A program made the translations under genes and the position numbers. A stretch of DNA of 64,000 bases from Mobula hypostoma (taxonomy: Eukaryota): positions 9,176,001-9,240,000 of the forward strand of contig NC_086108.1 in assembly GCF_963921235.1 (NCBI RefSeq), in the 5' to 3' direction. Shown piece after piece: positions 51,050 through 62,921 of the stretch. The notes under the pieces are model-generated. The model had not been told where the DNA came from. It searched no databases and saw only the letters and a program-made list of their open reading frames with translations. Position 1 is the stretch's first letter. Each line of letters starts with the position of its first letter.

Positions 51050-51900
51050 AAACTAATCTTCTGCAACTTCTGCCGTCTCCCAAGGGATCCCATCATTAAA
51101 CACACCTTTACCTCCTTCCCTCCACTTTCTGCTGGGATCGCTTCTTCTGTGAATCCCTTTTCCATTTGTTGCTCTCCAATAATCTCCCTTGTGGCACTTA
51201 TCCCTGCCCATTCACCTCCATTCAGGGCCCCAAACAGTTCTTCCAGGTGAGCCAACACTTCACCTACGAATCTGCTGGGGTCCATTGTGTCCGGTGCCTA
51301 CATTGGTAATACCCCTCGTCAACTGGGGAGCTGCTTTGCCGAACACCACCATTCCCTTTGCCAAAAGCAAAGCTTCCTGGTGCTAAATATTTTAATTCAG
51401 ATTCCCATTCCCATTCCAGCATTACAGTGCATAGCCTCCTCTTTTGCCAAGATGAGGCCACTCTCAGGGTGGAGGAGCAACAACTTATATTCCAATTGGG
51501 TAGCCTCCAACCTGATGGCATGAATATCGATTTCCCCTTCTGGTAAAAAAAAAATTTCCTCGCCTTCCCTTCTTCTTCTATTCCCCCCTCTGACCTTTTA
51601 TTTCTTCTCACCTGCCTATTACCTCCCCCTGGTGCCCCTCCTCCTTCCCTTTCTCCTATGGTCCACCCTCCTTTCCTATCAGATTCCTCCCGCTCCAGCC
51701 CCTTACCTTTCCCACTCACCTGGCTTCACCCATCACCTTCCAGTTTTCCTCCCTCCCCTCTCCCCACCTTTTTATTCTGGCATCCTCCCCCCTCCCTTTC
51801 CAGTCCTGAAGAAGGGTCTTGGCCAGAAACATCGACCGTTTATTCATTCCCATAGATGCTGCCTGGCCTGATGAGTTCCTCCAGCGTTTTGTGTGTGTTG
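51050..51900 (+). mobile_element. Penelope-like element: GIY-YIG endonuclease relic plus 3' region
   Basis: FQV.QHFT, YIG.T.RQLG..FAEH, FNS.SHS, LRVEEQ.LIFQLGSLQPDGMNIDF. Confidence 0.88.
51801..51838 (+). ncRNA. Minimal hammerhead downstream of the GIY-YIG ORF (partly decayed)
   Basis: CAGTC-CTGAAGA-A-GGG-TCTTGG-CCA-GAA-ACAT-C-GACCG. Confidence 0.55.
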
Positions 51901-54306
51901 CAGAAAGATACAAACCCCTGCACCAAGCCGTGGTTGGAAAGCACAGTGGGGATGGGTGCCCTGTTTCAGCAACAGGCTTTTTGCCATTTTGTCGTGTGAT
52001 TACGAGGAGGGCAGGACGTTCACGTACCAGTTTGTAGTCGTTGCGGGCATGAACCATCCACGAGAAACAAAGGGTTAAAAAATGATCAAGGCTAGTTCAG
52101 AATATGAAGTTGTGTTAACACTCAGATCAACCATGAACCTATTGAATGAGGGGGGGAAGCTCTGAGACACTAAATGGCCCACTTGTACACCTGGTTCACA
52201 CACAAAAACAGGAGTCAGCCTGAACTTAGTGAAGGGAAATTATGTCTGAGAATTCCGTGGCAACTTCTAATGTGGAGGCGGATTCAAGGATCCAATGAGT
52301 AAAACAGAGGACACAGATTACAAATGGGCACATTAACTATATATTTATAAATGAACAGTGAAACACTAAATCAGGTGTCTAGCTAAACAAGTGTTCATCT
52401 AAACTACCCTAAACTACACAGAGTTGCAATACTAAACATTCACTCACCCTTTAACTGAATGGGTACTCCATTAAAACTCCCCAAGTTGTGTGACTGAAGA
52501 ACTAAACATACGACAAATGAATAATTATCTAAACAAATGTGGTGGTCCTGTCTATGTGTGCAATGCTCTTTCCCAATGGTCCTTCAGCACTGGTCGCCAC
52601 TTCAGCCTGAAGATGCAATGGGTCTTCAGTGAGAAGCTGGATCAGAAGCTACAAAGCAAATGTAGAATGCGCAGTACTTGGAGTAATATCATGGCACTGA
52701 GTGAGGCCTCCATCAGTCAGGGACCACCATGGAGGTTGCTGTCCTAGCTGTGCAGATACACGAGCCTGGGCAGTACAATATGGAGAGCACACTGTTGCCC
52801 ATGTAGTAAGCTCCCCCTCCCCAGTCATCAGATGAACCCAAAGGAACGGCAGACACCGATACAGTTTGGCACCAGCGGCATTGTAGGAGTTGCCAGGCAG
52901 TGTTGAACTCAACATTGGGACTCCAGCTCTGGACTTTTCCCTCAGGGTATAACCGCAAGGCAGTGGAGGTTTGAGATCAGTGCTTTCCTTCTAGATGACG
53001 AGCCCCCATCTGCCTGAAGTGACTAGTTTTAAGATACCAATAATCCATCTTTGCTCCATCTCCTGTCAGATTCTACCAGGCTCAGTAGCTAAACCACACA
53101 TGATGGCCAGAAGTTGGACTTGGTTGTCAGAGACTATTTGATGCACACACCAATGGAAGCATTGAATAGGTAGTGGGAGCTTGTCCCCATTACCACCCCC
53201 AGATATGATGACCTTAAGGAACCATAGGCACTGAATAATGCACACAGGATGCTGGAGAAACTTTAGGTCAGGCAGGATATAGAGAAAGGAAGAAATATTG
53301 ACATTTTTGACCAACGCCCTTCATCAGGACTGACTTTGAATTTTGGTTAACCAATGGACAGCAGAGACAGGTCAGTAAGATAGTTCAGCTGAGATTCTGC
53401 AAGAATGAATGTTGGAGTCCCAGGAAGATATATAATTGCTGAGATATGTAGACAGTCTGGGATACCAGAACAAATAATGTTTTTCAAAATATTGAACGCA
53501 TACCTGGAACAATATCTCATCCAAATGGCAACATCTCCAAGAGGAAATGATTCCTCCATGATGCACAAATGTACTAGCTCCGTACTGCCTCAGACTGAGA
53601 GAGATTTGAATCCATATCTTTCAACACCTTCATCTTAGTTTGTAGCTGTCACAACCATGGATTCGGCAGCACAGCAGATATGGCAATTGCCCTCGTGAAT
53701 ATGTAAGTGTCAGCTAATTATTATTTCATTTTGATCGTATTTCATTCATTCCGTCTAGCTGGTTTTCTGTCGATCTGTTTAATTTGCTACATGAAAGTTC
53801 AGTTTTCCCAATCTATACCAGGACTTTCCTCAAGAGGTTATAAATACTCTTAATAGGGTTATATTATTTGTGTATTTGCACACTCCAGCCAGGGATCAGC
53901 TTTTGGAGTAGAACTTACACCATTGACTTGAATGATGATTTGTTGAATCAATTGATAAGCTTGCTTGAAGCACTCATTTGTTATGCAGACCTGAGTCACG
54001 GGACCACAAAGCTGGGAACCTGGGTACTTGTGACTTGAAAAGCTTGGAATGAGTACCGGAGAAATTTGGTATGTAGACTCAGGACTCTCGGAATGGAGAG
54101 GCAGGACATGCACTGAGAATAGAAGGCACTCTCTTCTCAAGCCACCAATGTCAAAACGTCACTGTTCAAACTTTGCCGGGTCCATTACTTGCAAAGATCC
54201 TTCTGTCACGATGGAGACAGAAACAAGAGTTTGTGCATAGGAATTCCAATGGAACATTGTTGCCTCGACGAATCACTCTGACCAATGAATTTTATGGCCA
54301 AGGTCA

Positions 54307-55447
54307 TGCAAGGCTTATTGAGAAAGTAAGGAGGCATGGGATCCAAGGGGACATTGCTTTGTCGATCCAGAACTGGCTTGCTCGCAGAAGGCAAAGAGTG
54401 GTTGTAGATGGGTCATATTCTGCATGGAGGTTGGTGACCAGTGGTGTGCCTCAGGGATCTGTTCTGGGACCCCTACTCTTCATGATTTTTATAAATGACC
54501 TGGATGAGGAAGTGGAGGGATGGATTAGTAAATTTGCTGATGACACAAAGGTTGGAGGTGTTGTGGATAGTGTGGAGGGCTGTCAGAGGTTACAGCAGGA
54601 CATCGATAGGATGCAAAACTGGCTGAGAAGTGGCAGATGGAGTTCAACCCAGATAAGTGTGAAGTGGTTCATTTTGGTAGGTCAAATATGATGGCAGAAT
54701 ATAGTATTAATGGTAAGACTCTTGGCAGTGTGGAGGATCAGAGGGATCTTGGGGTCCGAGTCCATAGGACACTCAAAGCTGCTGCGCAGGTTGACTCTGT
54801 GGTTAAGAAGGCATACGGTGTATTGGCCTTCGTCAATAGTGGGATTGAGTTTAAGAGCTGAGAGGTAATGTTGCAGCTGTATAAGACCCTGGTCAGACCC
54901 CACTTGGATTATTGTGCTCAGTTCTGCTAGCCTCACTACAGGAAGGATGTGGAAACCATAGAAAGGGTGCAGAGGAGATTTACAAGGATGTTGCCTGGAT
55001 TGGGGAGCATGCCTTATCAGAATAGGTTGAGTGAACTCAGCCTTTTCTCCTTGGAGCGGTGGAAGATGAGAGGTGACCTGATAGAGGTGTATAAGATGAT
55101 GAGAGGTATTGATCGTGTAGATAGTCAGAGGCTTTTTCCCAGGGCTGAAATAGCTAGCATGAGAGGGCACAGTTTTAAGGCGCTTGGAAGTAGGTACAGA
55201 GGAAATGCCAAGGTTAAGTTTTTTACGCAGAGAGTGGTGGGTGCGTGGAATGGGCTGCCAGCGGCGGTGGTGGAGGCAGATACGATAGGGTCTTTTAAGA
55301 GACTCCTGGATAGGTACGTGGACCTTAGAAAAATAGAGGGCTATGGGTAACCCTAGGTAATTTCTAAGGTAAGGACATGTTCGGCACAGCTTTGTGGGCT
55401 GAAGGGCCTGTATTGTGTTGTAGGTTTTCTATGTTTTTATGTTTCTA
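54307..55447 (+). mobile_element. Young 5'-truncated CR1 insertion
   Basis: [25 protein letters not shown] tail; GTCA duplication; the empty site is visible in the paralog at ~57425-57440. Confidence 0.95.
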
Positions 55448-55502
55448 CGTCAGCTGCTCTCTCTCTCTCCGCTGGGTCCATCTATGTGTGGTCGAGACTT
55501 GC

Positions 55503-57881
55503 TGTCAACGGGGTTTGGACATGGCCCAAGTGCAGAGTGAGAGACACTGAAGCAGGTCAATAGATCACAGACTTTAATGCGAACAGAGTTAAAGGGAAAA
55601 GAAAACAATAAATGCTAGGCCAAACAGGGCCGTTAACTAAAACTCTCAAAATGGGAAATGATGTCTACACTGCAGCTGAAAAGCACAACTAAGAATAAAA
55701 CGAATACCACAAGTCTTCAGAGTCAGTTGACTTGACAGTTCATTTTCTCAGGCAAGGCGGAATGCAAGCAGGCAGCAAAGCGTTGCTGTGTCCAAGTCTC
55801 AACAAATACTACAACGGTATGAATGGAGTTAAATACTATCACAATGAAATAATAATTAGCTGACACATGCATATTCCCAAGCACAATGGCCATATCTACT
55901 GCGCTGCTGGATCCGTGGCTGTGACAGGGCCTCCCTCTCTAGGCGCAGCCCCTGAGGCGACACAGACCTGTGTCTGCTGGAAGTCCCGAATGAGGGACTT
56001 GTTCAAGATGTCCTTCAGTGATGCTGGTAGATAAATGCCATGGTATGTACTGTCAATATTGGAGCCAAAGACTTCCATGTAGAGACAGAAACAAGAGCTG
56101 ATACAGAGGTAGCTCGACCAAGTGACACCGTGAGACGAATCATTCTCAAAATGAGGACCCTCCGATTGCAGCTAATTGGACACTTGCTTCAACAATAAAA
56201 CCAACACAGAATTCCTGAGCCTATCAAAATAAACTTAACAAGCTTAAACAGAAAGCACCAGTAAACTGCATTACAAAGAGCGAGTCGCTCGGGGAAAAGT
56301 ACAAGGAACTCTGAAACCATTAATAGCTGTTGTTGAGCAACAACTAACCCATTCAGTTGCTCTAAAAACCTCAATGCTCTCTGACGCCCAGCACAGGCCT
56401 GAAGAAGTCACTACAGGACCCCTTCTCCCTATAGCTGGCACTGGATGGCCCAGGAAGACTTGAAAACTCAAGATCCAGGGATGACTTGAGAGACCTGGGG
56501 AACTTGAGAGAGAGGCATGTGGAACTCGAGAGGCAGGGAGACTTGGGGATTCAGAGAGACTGACAGTCCTAGGAACCCAACAGACTGAGACCAGGGAACC
56601 TCAAGTGAGATCAAGAAACCTTGGGTGGGGCCGTGAGGGAGGCTTGGGAGTCCTCAAGATGGGAAGGACATTGAAAAACCCTAAACACATTGAATATGCC
56701 TTGGGAGCGTAGAGAAAAGTCCTTGGGAAACCTTGAAAACATGAAACTTGAAACCTAGAGAAGGAACCTGTTCACAGTGTTTTATCTTTCACAATTTTCT
56801 AGAAGCAATTAGGATATACTCTCAATTTTATAGATCAAGACAGCACAGACAGGTTTCTTTCATCACAAAGCTAGCTGGTGTTCTGTAGATCTGTTTAACT
56901 TGCTATACGAAAGTTCAATTTTCCCAGCCTGTACCATGACTTTCATCAAGAGGTTAAAAATACTCTTGATAGGGTTACTTTACTTGTGTATTGGCACACA
57001 CCGGCCAGCAATCAGCTTTTGGAGTAGGGCTCTTCCAGAATTTACACCATTGACTTGAATGATGATTTGTTGAATCAATTGATAAGCTTGCTTGAAGCAC
57101 TCATTTGTTATGCAGACCTGAGTCACGGGACCACAAAGCTGGGAACCTGGGTACTTGTGACTTGAAAAGCTTGGAATGGGTACCGGAGAAATTTGGTATG
57201 TAGACTCGGGACTCTCGGAATGTAGGGGCAGGACATGCACTGAGAATAGAAGGCACTCTCTCCTCAAGCCACCCATGTCAAAACATTACTGTTCAAACTT
57301 TGCTGGGTCCATTACTTGCAAAGATCCTTCTGTCAGGCTGGAGACAGAAAAAAGAGTTTATCCAAGAGGAATTCCAATGGAACATTGCTGCCTCCACCAG
57401 TCACTCTGACCAATGGATCAGGTGGCCAAGGCCAGCTGCTCTCTCTCTGCTGGCTCCATCTTCGTGTGGCCGAGACTTGCTGTCACCAGGTGAGGATATG
57501 CCGAGTCACCGAAGCAGGTCGATAGATCACAGACTTTAAAACGAACAAGGTTAAAAGGAAAAGAAAACAATAAATGCTGGGCCAAACAGGGCCATTAACT
57601 GAAACTCTCAGATGGAAAATGAAGCCTACACTGCAGCTGAAAAGAACAACTACGAATAAAACGAATACCACAAGTCTTCAGAGTCAGTTGACTCGACAGT
57701 CCATTTTCTCAGGCAAGGCGGAATGCAGGCAGCGAAACGTTGCTGTGTCCAAGTCTCGACAAGTACTACAACAGTATGAATGGAGTTAAATACTATCACA
57801 ATGAAATAATAATTAGCTGACATGCATATTCACAAGCGCAATTGCCATATCTGCTGTGCTGCCAAATCCGTGGTTGTGACA
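55503..57881 (-). mobile_element. Complete ~2.4 kb non-autonomous LTR unit
   Basis: LTRs 57881-57481 and 55926-55503 (TGTCACA...TGACA); gag-like start MEPAE at 57459; chromodomain tail DILNKSLIRDF...SGAAPREGG; PPT AGAGAGGGAGG before the 3' LTR; no RT. Confidence 0.82.
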
Positions 57882-58554
57882 CCCAAGCCTCCCTCTTGGC
57901 CCCGCCTGAGGTTTCTTGATCCTAGTCTGTTGGGGTTCCCAGGTCTCTCAGTCTCTCTGGATCCCCGTCTCCTCACTGCTCGAGTTCCCCATGCCTTCCT
58001 CTCAAGTTCCCCATGTCTCTCAAGTCATCTCAGGATCTCCAGTTTTCAAGTCTTCCTGGACTGTCCAGTGCCAGCTATAGGGAGGCGGGGGGGGGGGCGT
58101 GGTCCTGTAGTCACTTCTTCAGGCCTGTGCTGGGCATCAGAGAGCATTGGGCTCTGAGGTTTTTAGAGCACCTGAATTGGTTAATTATAGCTTAACACCA
58201 GTTATTAATGGTTTCAGAGTTCCTTGTGTTTTCCCCGAGCGACTCACTCTTTGTAATGCGGTTTCCTGGTGCTTTCTGTTTAAGCTTGTTAAGTTTATTT
58301 TGATAGGCTCAGAGATTCTGTGTTAGTTTTATTGTTGAAGCAGGTGCCTGATTAGCTCCAATCGGAGGGTCCTCATTTTGAGAATGATTCGTCTCACGGT
58401 GTCACTTGGTCGAGCTACCTCTGTATCAGCTCTTGTTTCTGTCTCTACGTGGAAGTCTTTGGCTCCGATATTGACAGTACATACCATGGCATTTATCTAC
58501 CAGCGTTACTGAAGGACATCTTGGACAAATCCCTCATTCGGGACTTCCAGCAGA

Positions 58555-59685
58555 CACACTCTCATGGTCAGATACAATGAAACTCCCTCTACATTCTCCC
58601 ATCACACACTCCCATGGTCAGACACAGAGTGAAGCACCCTCCGCACTGTCCCATCACACACTCCCAGAGTCAGATATGGAGTGAAACTCCCTCTACACCG
58701 TCCCATCACACATTCCTGTGGTCAGACACAGAGTGAAGCTCCCTCTACCCTGTCCCATCACACACTCCCAGGGTCGGATACACAGTGAAGCTCCCTCCAC
58801 CCTGTCCCATCACACACTCCCAGGGTCGGATACACAGTGAAGCTCCCTCCACCCTGTCCCATCACACACTCCCAGGGTCGGATACACAGTGAAGCTCCCT
58901 CCACCCTGTCCCATCACACACTCCCAGGGTCGGATACACAGTGAAACACCCTCCACCCTGTCCCATCACACACTCCCAGGGTCGGATACACAGTGAAGCT
59001 CCCTCCACCCTGTCCCATCACACACTCCCAGGGTCGGATACACAGTGAAGCTCCCTCCACCCTGTCCCATCACACACTCCCAGGGTCGGATACACAGTGA
59101 AGCTCCCTCCACCCTGTCCCATCACACACTCCCAGGGTCGGATACACAGTGAAGCTCCCTCCACCCTGTCCCATCACACACTCCCAGGGTCGGATACACA
59201 GTGAAGCTCCCTCCACCCTGTCCCATCACACACTCCCAGGGTCGGATACACAGTGAAACACCCTCCACCCTGTCCCATCACACACTCCCAGGGTCGGATA
59301 CACAGTGAAGCACCCTCCACCCTGTCCCATCACACACTCCCAGGGTCGGATACACAGTGAAGCTCCCTCCACCCTGTCCCATCACACACTCCCAGGGTCG
59401 GATACACAGTGAAGCACCCTCCACCCTGTCCCATCACACACTCCCAGGGTCGGATACACAGTGAAGCTCCCTCCACCCTGTCCCATCACACACTCCCAGG
59501 GTCGGATACACAGTGAAGCTCCCTCCACCCTGTCCCATCACACACTCCCAGGGTCGGATACACAGTGAAGCACCCTCCACCCTGTCCCATCACACACTCC
59601 CAGGGTCGGATACACAGTGAAGCTCCCTCCACCCTGTCCCATCACACACTCCCAGGGTCGGATACACAGTGAAACACCCTCCACT
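58555..59685. repeat. 52-bp minisatellite
   Basis: Unit CACACACTCCCAGGGTCGGATACACAGTGAAGCTCCCTCCACCCTGTCCCAT; the first few units are more divergent. Confidence 0.95.
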
Positions 59686-59735
59686 CTGAACCCACCAGAT
59701 ACTCTCAGGGTCAGGCAGTAGATGGAGGTACATAC

Positions 59736-59936
59736 ACTTGATGCTGAGTTTGCTCTGCATTCTGTAGTGTCACGTTGTACAGTTCCCAAAGGTAGTGCCG
59801 AGCTCTGTCAGTCTTCTGAGCCTGCCAACCTGCTGGAGCGGGCACCTGGGCACGGCCTGGATGACCAGCCCCTCCTTCATCCACTGGACCTCTACTGCCA
59901 CACTCGCCATCTTCTTGGTGAATGGGATCTGGGCCT
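59736..59936 (-). pseudogene. Decayed Ig I-set exon (obscurin/OBSL1/titin-like)
   Basis: Polypyrimidine tract + GCAG acceptor; GTATGT donor; 201 nt, phase 1-1; EAQIPFTKKMASVAVEVQWMKEGLVIQAVPRCPLQQVGRLRRLTELGTTFGNCTT*HYRMQSKLSIK, with an in-frame TGA. Confidence 0.55.
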
Positions 59937-59996
59937 CTGCAGAGAGGTTGAGAGAGACATAAAATATGACTTGCATATGCCTACAAACAACACTTG

Positions 59997-60137
59997 AAGT
60001 ATTGAGTACAGGAGTTGTGATGTTGTGTTGAAGTTGTATAAGACATTGGTGGGGCTTAATTTGGAGTATTATGTGCAGTTTTGGTCACTTACCTACCGGA
60101 AAGATGCCAATAAGCTTGAAAGAAATCAGAGAAAATT
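59997..60137 (+). mobile_element. CR1 fragment
   Basis: LKLYKTLV..LEYYVQFWS..YRKD. Confidence 0.8.
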
Positions 60138-62920
60138 TGTGAACCCCCCCCCCCCCCTTTCCGGGCATCTCTATAGTGATGGCTCATTAGTCCATCGCAA
60201 ACAGCCACCAGACTCAGGGGCGAGGAAACCATCTTTCTCAGACTCCGTATGTCTAGGGTCAATATGACTTATGTCCCGCCAAACCAGTGAGGTTGGGATG
60301 TCTCACCCATCCGAACCCCGGGTTGTGTAACTTACTGCTCCCATGCAATCACCTGGTGGCAAGAAATGACAGACCATACACTGCATACAATTATAAAGAA
60401 AGTATATTTATGAATGTTAACTTAAGCAGTTATTAAAGAAAAGAAAGAGGAAAACAAAATGGCTCATCATAATTAAACAGTCAAATGTAATTGGAGCTCA
60501 AATTTTCCAAAAACCATTATGTCCGATGTACTCATGGCGCCAACTCATATTCACCGATCCCCGGTAGAATTCCCCTCTTGGGCTCCGTCTGCATGCACAT
60601 TCCTGCCGGATCGAATACTACTGCTGATTCTCTCAAGCTTCCTTTCTCTCCATCTCTTGCCAAAAAAGACCTCGCAACCACTTCAGTGTCTGTCACAAAA
60701 CTGCTCCCCGGCATTCTCCACCCTCCTGATTGGATGACACATTTCGAAGCATTCTTTGCCTTTAACAGTAGCCCAAACACTACCATCAGAACACACTGCT
60801 TCTACAGAAAACCATTCCATTGAATACCCTACATTAACAGTAAAACCTTTAACAGGGCGTTACACTCTCCCCCCACTAAAAATATTCATATCCTCATGAC
60901 TTTGAAATTTATCATTAATAACACAGTTTTCAAAGAAATTTTCTGATGTCAAGACCTCCAATCCATTTGTAAATGGTAGTGACATATCTCACTAGGGGGA
61001 TAGATGCAACACTCTGTTCCCCTGGTGCATCGTAGGCTAGCCTATCTGGGGGTTTCCTGACTCCTTGAGACCTCCTTATCCCATTATCCTCTCTTTCAGC
61101 CTCTGACACTCCTTGGGATCTTTCTGTCATGGTCTGGTCCGTGAAGTCCGCATTCCAGTTCACGGTCCGGTCCGTGGACTCAAGACTCCGGGTCTTCCAG
61201 TTGTCCCTCGTTTGATTGAGTTAAGCATAGGCATCTGATTCCCGTCTTGGGGTTTTGAATATAAGTAGCCTTGGGGGTGAGTGTGGGCTCCTGGTTTGTC
61301 TTGTCAGTCCTCTGGGAGTAACCTGCTGATGGAAGGCTAGTGAAACCATTTGTGATTTCTAGGCCTGGTTGGAGAACCTTTGCTTCATGGAGCCTTGCTG
61401 TTGGTAGTTGGAGCTGTCTTTGCAGTACGGATTTGGCTGTTTCCTGGGCCAGCTGAGTGGCTGCCAGCCATTCTGAGCTAAGTAGGGATCTGGCTGTTTC
61501 TGTAGCCAGCTGAGGTTACTGGGCTGAACTGAGACTTGGAGCCACCCTGGAGCAGAGATGGAACTGTCTGTTCTTTGGTGTTTGTCTCTTCTTGTCCTTG
61601 CCTCTGTGGGGTAAGCCAGGCTGTTTTGCTGTTGCCCTGTGGGGTGGGGGGTGATCTGTCTTGTCTTGTCCTTGCCTCTGTTGGGTAAGTCTGGCTGTCC
61701 TGCTGTTACCCAACAGGTGGACCTGTCCCACCTTGGTGTGGAGATGAAGTTGAGTCCTGGCTTGTCTTAGGATAAGTCCTGGCTCAATATCTATGTTCTG
61801 TCCTGTCTCATGTTAGTGTTGTGTTAAAAATGAGTCCTGGCTTGTTGATGTTTGGTTCTCAGTCTGTCTCTGAACTCCAAGAACTTAAGCCTTGAGGGTC
61901 CTGGCAGCTGAGCTCCAAGAACCCAGCCCCCAGCCCCCAGCCTGCAGCCATGTCATGTCCTTGCCTGATTCTGGGGTCTGAGCCTGAGGCAAGACCCAGG
62001 TTCTGGGTCCTTGTCCAGTCTTGGGTTCAGAGTTGTAGCCTTGCCTCCTAGTCCATGGTTTCTAGTCCTGGTCCCACTTTCCCTAGCCCAAGTCTGTGTT
62101 CTTGTCCTTGCTCCTGGTCTGAATCTTGTCACGTCCCTGCTCTAGTCAAGTCCTGTTCCATTTACTTCAGTGACTGTATCTCACATTTGGGTCTGTTTCC
62201 AGCACCTCATAGTGACACTTTCCTGTCTACTTGGAGAGACCTCCTAATCATTACCAGTGCCTCCTGGCAACTCAGGTCCCCCCCCCCACCTGTCATTTGA
62301 CTGAGCTCAGCTTCATCCCCAGTTACTTTGGAGCCCAGTTTCCCTTCACTATCCAGCTGCAAGACTGCCTGTCCACTGCTAGTTCTCTCCCCACCCAGAT
62401 CTGCATTAGCGTGGGGAGGTTTGGAAACCTCCATCAATTATTGGGAAGTTTGCAGAAGGTAACATATAACACAACACCATTTCCTCATCCTCTGAGTCCA
62501 TACAGAATTCAGGTCTCCTTCTGGTCTCTCCACTGATTGCCTTTCTGTTCTTCCGCTTCACCGCAGAGTCCTCCCGTTAGGTGTAGGATCCATGCCAGGC
62601 TGAGTCAGCGCATACCTCTTGTCCTAGAGGCAAATGTGGTTCCCATGGATAATTTTGACAGGCCCATTCCTGTCTGTTGGCTTCACCCAGAAAACTTGGC
62701 ACATTTGGTATCTGGCTCTCCATTCCGGAAGGTGTAGCCACCCAGCAGTCAGCAAACCTGTGCTTCCCTGGTATCTCCAACTTCCTTATTAGATCTGTCT
62801 CCAGGCATCAGTTGGGAGAACCTAATCTTTTGATCATATCTCCTCTTGTCTCCTTGATTCTGCTTGGTAGCAGAGACCTCTGCTAGTTCATAAGCCTTTT
62901 GAAATTCCTTCCTTCATGCT
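60138..62920 (-). mobile_element. Gypsy element 3' part: integrase C-terminal relic, PPT and 3' LTR (60138-60864)
   Basis: PGKHRFADCW, HLPLGQ, RRSQGVRKPPDRLAY; PPT GTGGGGGGAGAG then TGTAACG...GTTCACA. Confidence 0.8.
61125..62217. mobile_element. Solo LTR (1093 bp) nested in the Gypsy element
   Basis: TGTCA...TGACA termini with perfect 5-bp TSD CTTTC (61120-61124 and 62218-62222). Confidence 0.88.
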
Positions 62921-62921
62921 T

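Larger units (their letters stand above)
53647..58558. mobile_element. Rearranged tandem cluster of a non-autonomous chromovirus (sushi-like) LTR element
   Basis: Direct repeat 53755-55926 (minus CR1 insert) vs 56871-57881; inverted repeat 55969-56649 vs 57882-58558; inverted LTR start at 53647-53750. Confidence 0.85.

Noticed and set aside
53859..54240. Duplicated host gene (ORFs repeated at 56980-57409)
   Set aside because: Lies inside the LTR unit, has stops in both copies, and weak gag-like traces explain it better.
53647..55926. DIRS element or TIR DNA transposon with ~100 bp inverted ends
   Set aside because: No tyrosine recombinase or transposase and no TSD; the ends are explained as a Gypsy LTR and an inverted LTR stub.
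58555..59685. CRISPR or tRNA array
   Set aside because: Contiguous near-identical 52-bp units without spacers or a cloverleaf.
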